From assembly GCA_032718475.1 (NCBI GenBank), contig JAUCBJ010004577.1, positions 1 through 64,000 on the forward strand: 64,000 nt of DNA, read 5' to 3'. Shown here piece after piece: positions 58,301-64,000 of the stretch; the first letter of the stretch is position 1; every line of letters starts with the position of its first letter. A program made the translations under genes and the position numbers. Source of the stretch: Nemertoderma westbladi. Lineage: Eukaryota > Animalia > Xenacoelomorpha. The notes beneath the pieces were generated by a model, which did not search any database, was not told the origin of the DNA, and was given only the letters and a program-made list of their open reading frames with translations.

Positions 58301-61300
58301 ACGAAAACCAACAATACACTAGAAGAAGTAGACGAAAACCAACAATATACTAGTAGAAGTAGACGAAAACCAACAATACACTAGTAGAAGAAGACGAAAA
58401 CCAACAATACACTAGAAGAAGAAGACGAAAACCAACAATACACTAGAAGAAGTAGATAAAAACCAACAATACACTAGAAGAAGTAGACGAAAACCAACAA
58501 TATACTAGTAGAAGTAGACGAAAACCAACAATACACTAGTAAAAGTAGACGAAAACCAACAATATACTAGTAGAAGAAGACGAAAACCAACAATATACTA
58601 GTAGAAGAAGACGAAAACCAACAATATACTAGTAGAAGTATACGAAAACCAACAATACACTAGTAAAAGTAGACGAAAACCAACAATACACTAGTAGAAG
58701 TAGACGAAAACCAACAATATACTAGTAGAAGAAGACGAAAACCAACAATACACTAGAAGAAGTAGATAAAAACCAACAATACACTAGTAGAAGAAGACGA
58801 AAACCAACAATACACTAGTAGAAGTAGACGAAAACCAACAATACACTAGTAGAAGAAGACGAAAACCAACAATACACTAGTAGAAGTAGACGAAAACCAA
58901 CAATACACTAGTAAAAGTAGACGAAAACCAACAATACACTAGTAGAAGTAGACGAAAACCAACAATATACTAGTAGAAGAAGACGAAAACCAACAATACA
59001 CTAGAAGAAGTAGATAAAAACCAACAATACACTAGAAGAAGTAGACGAAAACCAACAATACACTAGTAGAAGTAGACGAAAACCAACAATACACTAGTAG
59101 AAGAAGACGAAAACCAACAATATACTAGTAGAAGAAGACGAAAACCAACAATATACTAGTAGAAGAAGACGAAAACCAACAATATACTAGTAGAAGTATA
59201 CGAAAACCAACAATACACTAGTAAAAGTAGACGAAAACCAACAATACACTAGTAGAAGTAGACGAAAACCAACAATATACTAGTAGAAGAAGACGAAAAC
59301 CAACAATACACTAGAAGAAGTAGATAAAAACCAACAATACACTAGTAGAAGAAGACGAAAACCAACAATACACTAGTAGAAGTAGACGAAAACCAACAAT
59401 ACACTAGTAGAAGAAGACGAAAACCAACAATACACTAGTAGAAGTAGACGAAAACCAACAATACACTAGTAAAAGTAGACGAAAACCAACAATACACTAG
59501 TAGAAGTAGACGAAAACCAACAATATACTAGTAGAAGAAGACGAAAACCAACAATACACTAGAAGAAGTAGATAAAAACCAACAATACACTAGAAGAAGT
59601 AGACGAAAACCAACAATACACTAGTAGAAGTAGACGAAAACCAACAATACACTAGTAGAAGAAGACGAAAACCAACAATATACTAGTAGAAGAAGACGAA
59701 AACCAACAATACACTAGAAGAAGTAGATAAAAACCAACAATACACTAGTAGAAGAAGACGAAAACCAACAATACACTAGTAGAAGTAGACGAAAACCAAC
59801 AATACACTAGTAAAAGTAGACGAAAACCAACAATACACTAGTAGAAGTAGACGAAAACCAACAATATACTAGTAGAAGAAGACGAAAACCAACAATACAC
59901 TAGAAGAAGTAGATAAAAACCAACAATACACTAGTAGAAGTAGACGAAAACCAACAATACACTAGTAGAAGTAGACGAAAACCAACAATATACTAGTAGA
60001 AGAAGACGAAAACCAACAATACACTAGAAGAAGTAGATAAAAACCAACAATACACTAGTAGAAGTAGACGAAAACCAACAATACACTAGTAGAAGTAGAC
60101 GAAAACCAACAATATACTAGTAGAAGAAGACGAAAACCAACAATACACTAGAAGAAGTAGATAAAAACCAACAATACACTAGTAGAAGAAGACGAAAACC
60201 AACAATACACTAGTAGAAGTAGACGAAAACCAACAATACACTAGTAAAAGTAGACGAAAACCAACAATACACTAGTAGAAGTAGACGAAAACCAACAATA
60301 TACTAGTAGAAGAAGACGAAAACCAACAATACACTAGAAGAAGTAGATAAAAACCAACAATACACTAGAAGAAGTAGACGAAAACCAACAATACACTAGT
60401 AGAAGTAGACGAAAACCAACAATACACTAGTAGAAGTAGACGAAAACCAACAATATACTAGTAGAAGTAGACGAAAACCAACAATACACTAGTAGAAGTA
60501 GACGAAAACCAACAATACACTAGTAGAAGTAGACGAAAACCAACAATACACGAGTAGAAGTAGACGAAAAGCAACAATACACTAGTAGAAGTAGACAAAA
60601 ACCAACAATACACTAGTAGAAGTAGACGAAAAGCAACAATACACTAGTAGAAGAAGACGAAAACCAACAATACACTAGTAGAAGTAGACGAAAACCAACA
60701 ATACACTAGTAGAAGTAGACGAAAACCAACAATACACTAGTAGAAGTAGACGAAAACCAACAATACACTAGTAGAAGAAGACGAAAACCAACAATACACT
60801 AGTAGAAGTAGACGAAAACCAACAATACACTAGTAAAAGTAGACGAAAACCAACAATACACTAGTAGAAGTAGACGAAAACCAACAATATACTAGTAGAA
60901 GAAGACGAAAACCAACAATACACTAGAAGAAGTAGATAAAAACCAACAATACACTAGAAGAAGTAGACGAAAACCAACAATACACTAGTAGAAGTAGACG
61001 AAAAGCAACAATACACTAGTAGAAATAAACGAAAACCAACAATACACTAGTAGAAGTAGACGAAAACCAACAATACACTAGTATAAGTAAACGAAAATCA
61101 GCAATACACTAGTAGAAGTAGACGAAAACCAACAATACACTAGTAGAAGTATACGAAAACCAACAATACACTAGTAGAAGTAGACGAAAACCAGCAATAC
61201 ACTAGTAGAAGTAGACAAAAACCAACAATACACTAGTAGAAGTAGACGAAAACCAACAATACACTAGTAGAAGTAGACGAAAACCAACAATATACTAGTA

Positions 61301-64000
61301 GAAGAAGACGAAAACCAACAATACACTAGAAGAAGTAGATAAAAACCAACAATACACTAGTAGAAGTAGACGAAAACCAACAATATACTAGTAGAAGAAG
61401 ACGAAAACCAACAATACACTAGAAGAAGTAGATAAAAACCAACAATACACTAGAAGAAGTAGACGAAAACCAACAATACACTAGTAGAAGTAGACGAAAA
61501 GCAACAATACACTAGTAGAAGTAGACGAAAACCAACAATACACTAGTAGAAGTAGACGAAAACCAACAATACACTAGTAGAAGTAGACGAAAACCAACAA
61601 TACACAAGTAGAAGTAGACGAAAACCAACAATACACTAGTAGAAGAAGACGAAAACCAACAATACACTAGTAGAAGTAGACGAAAACCAACAATACACTA
61701 GTAAAAGTAGACGAAAACCAACAATACACTAGTAGAAGTAGACGAAAACCAACAATATACTAGTAGAAGAAGACGAAAACCAACAATACACTAGAAGAAG
61801 TAGATAAAAACCAACAATACACTAGAAGAAGTAGACGAAAACCAACAATACACTAGTAGAAGTAGACGAAAAGCAACAATACACTAGTAGAAGTAGACGA
61901 AAACCAACAATACACTAGTAGAAGTAGACGAAAACCAACAATACACTAGTAGAAGTAGACGAAAACCAACAATACACTAGTAGAAGAAGACGAAAACCAA
62001 CAATACACTAGTAGAAGTAGACGAAAACCAACAATACACTAGTAAAAGTAGACGAAAACCAACAATATACTAGTAGAAGAAGACGAAAACCAACAATACA
62101 CTAGAAGAAGTAGATAAAAACCAACAATACACTAGAAGAAGTAGACGAAAACCAACAATACACTAGTAGAAGAAGACGAAAACCAACAATATACTAGTAG
62201 AAGAAGACGAAAACCAACAATACACTAGAAGAAGTAGATAAAAACCAACAATACACTAGTAGAAGAAGACGAAAACCAACAATACACTAGTAGAAGTAGA
62301 CGAAAACCAACAATACACTAGTAAAAGTAGACGAAAACCAACAATACACTAGTAGAAGTAGACGAAAACCAACAATATACTAGTAGAAGAAGACGAAAAC
62401 CAACAATACACTAGAAGAAGTAGATAAAAACCAACAATACACTAGAAGAAGTAGACGAAAACCAACAATACACTAGTAGAAGTAGACGAAAACCAACAAT
62501 ATACTAGTAGAAGAAGACGAAAACCAACAATACACTAGAAGAAGTAGACGAAAACCAACAATATACTAGTAGAAGTAGACGAAAACAAACAATATACTAG
62601 TAGAAGAAGACGAAAACCAACAATATACTAGTAGAAGAAGACGAAAACCAACAATACACTAGAAGAAGTAGACGAAAACCAACAATATACTAGTAGAAGT
62701 AGACGAAAACCAACAATATACTAGTAGAAGAAGACGAAAACCAACAATACACTAGAAGAAGTAGACGAAAACCAACAATACACTAGTAGAAGAAGACGAA
62801 AACCAACAATACACTAGTAGAAGTAGACGAAAACCAACAATACACTAGTAAAAGTAGACGAAAACCAACAATACACTAGTAGAAGTAGACGAAAACCAAC
62901 AATATACTAGTAGAAGAAGACGAAAACCAACAATACACTAGAAGAAGTAGATAAAAACCAACAATACACTAGAAGAAGTAGACGAAAACCAACAATACAC
63001 TAGTAGAAGTAGACGAAAACCAACAATACACTAGTAGAAGAAGACGAAAACCAACAATATACTAGTAGAAGAAGACGAAAACCAACAATACACTAGAAGA
63101 AGTAGATAAAAACCAACAATACACTAGTAGAAGAAGACGAAAACCAACAATACACTAGTAGAAGTAGACGAAAACCAACAATACACTAGTAAAAGTAGAC
63201 GAAAACCAACAATACACTAGTAGAAGTAGACGAAAACCAACAATACACTAGTAGAAGTAGACGAAAACCAACAATATACTAGTAGAAGAAGACGAAAACC
63301 AACAATATACTAGTAGAAGTAGACGAAAACCAACAATATACTAGTAGAAGTAGACGAAAACCAACAATATACTAGTAGAAGAAGACGAAAACCAACAATA
63401 TACTAGTAAAAGTAGACGAAAACCAACAATACACTAGTAGAAGTAGACGAAAACCAACAATACACTAGTAGAAGTAGACGAAAACCAACAATATACTAGT
63501 AGAAGAAGACGAAAACCAACAATATACTAGTAGAAGTAGACGAAAACCAACAATATACTAGTAGAAGTAGACGAAAACCAACAATACACTAGTAGAAGTA
63601 GACGAAAACCAACAATACACTAGTAGAAGTAGACGAAAACCAACAATATACTAGTAGAAGTAGACGAAAACCAACAATATACTAGTAGAAGAAGACGAAA
63701 ACCAACAATACACTAGAAGAAGTAGATAAAAACCAACAATACACTAGTAGAAGTAGACGAAAACCAACAATACACTAGTAGAAGTAGACGAAAACCAACA
63801 ATATACTAGTAGAAGAAGACGAAAACCAACAATACACTAGAAGAAGTAGATAAAAACCAACAATACACTAGTAGAAGTAGACGAAAACCAACAATACACT
63901 AGTAGAAGTAGACGAAAACCAACAATATACTAGTAGAAGAAGACGAAAACCAACAATACACTAGAAGAAGTAGATAAAAACCAACAATACACTAGTAGAA
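49361..64000. repeat. 31-bp satellite (CTAGTAGAAGTAGACGAAAACCAACAATACA)n, about 470 units, runs off the window end
   Basis: Direct periodicity. Main variants are TAGTAGAAGTAGACG, TAGTAGAAGAAGACG and TAGAAGAAGTAGATA. The first two units are degenerate. Confidence 0.99.

Noticed and set aside
49361-64000. CRISPR array (repeat about 30 bp)
   Set aside because: Head-to-tail repeats without unique spacers, no cas genes, and a eukaryotic spliced context. The same applies to the 29- and 30-bp arrays.

Overview
Eukaryotic (animal, probably invertebrate) genomic DNA, AT-rich and repeat-dense. Two spliced host genes lie on the minus strand: a complete SAR1 COPII GTPase (5 coding exons, 192 aa, 10731->3480) and the 3' part of a FAM193-family gene (6 exons traced, 47885->23077; its 5' end is not found). 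About half the window is intronic tandem repeat, and at least three arrays are amplified copies of the intron's own splice signals. A 30-bp array in SAR1 intron 4 repeats the exon end plus the 5' splice site. A 29-bp array of about 16 kb in the last FAM193 intron repeats that intron's branch point and polypyrimidine tract. A 17-bp array repeats the branch point of another FAM193 intron. A 31-bp array (49.4 kb to the window end) resembles a repeated 3' splice site. Mobile DNA includes a near-intact full-length APE-type LINE inserted in the 29-bp array (12-bp TSD, ORF2 without ATG directly behind an in-frame TGA), a decayed CRE-like element whose RT core is replaced by an inverted RTE fragment, other RTE remnants, nested MITEs and tRNA-derived SINEs. 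Most short ORFs in the track are artefacts of the repeats. All calls are by eye; no database searches were run.
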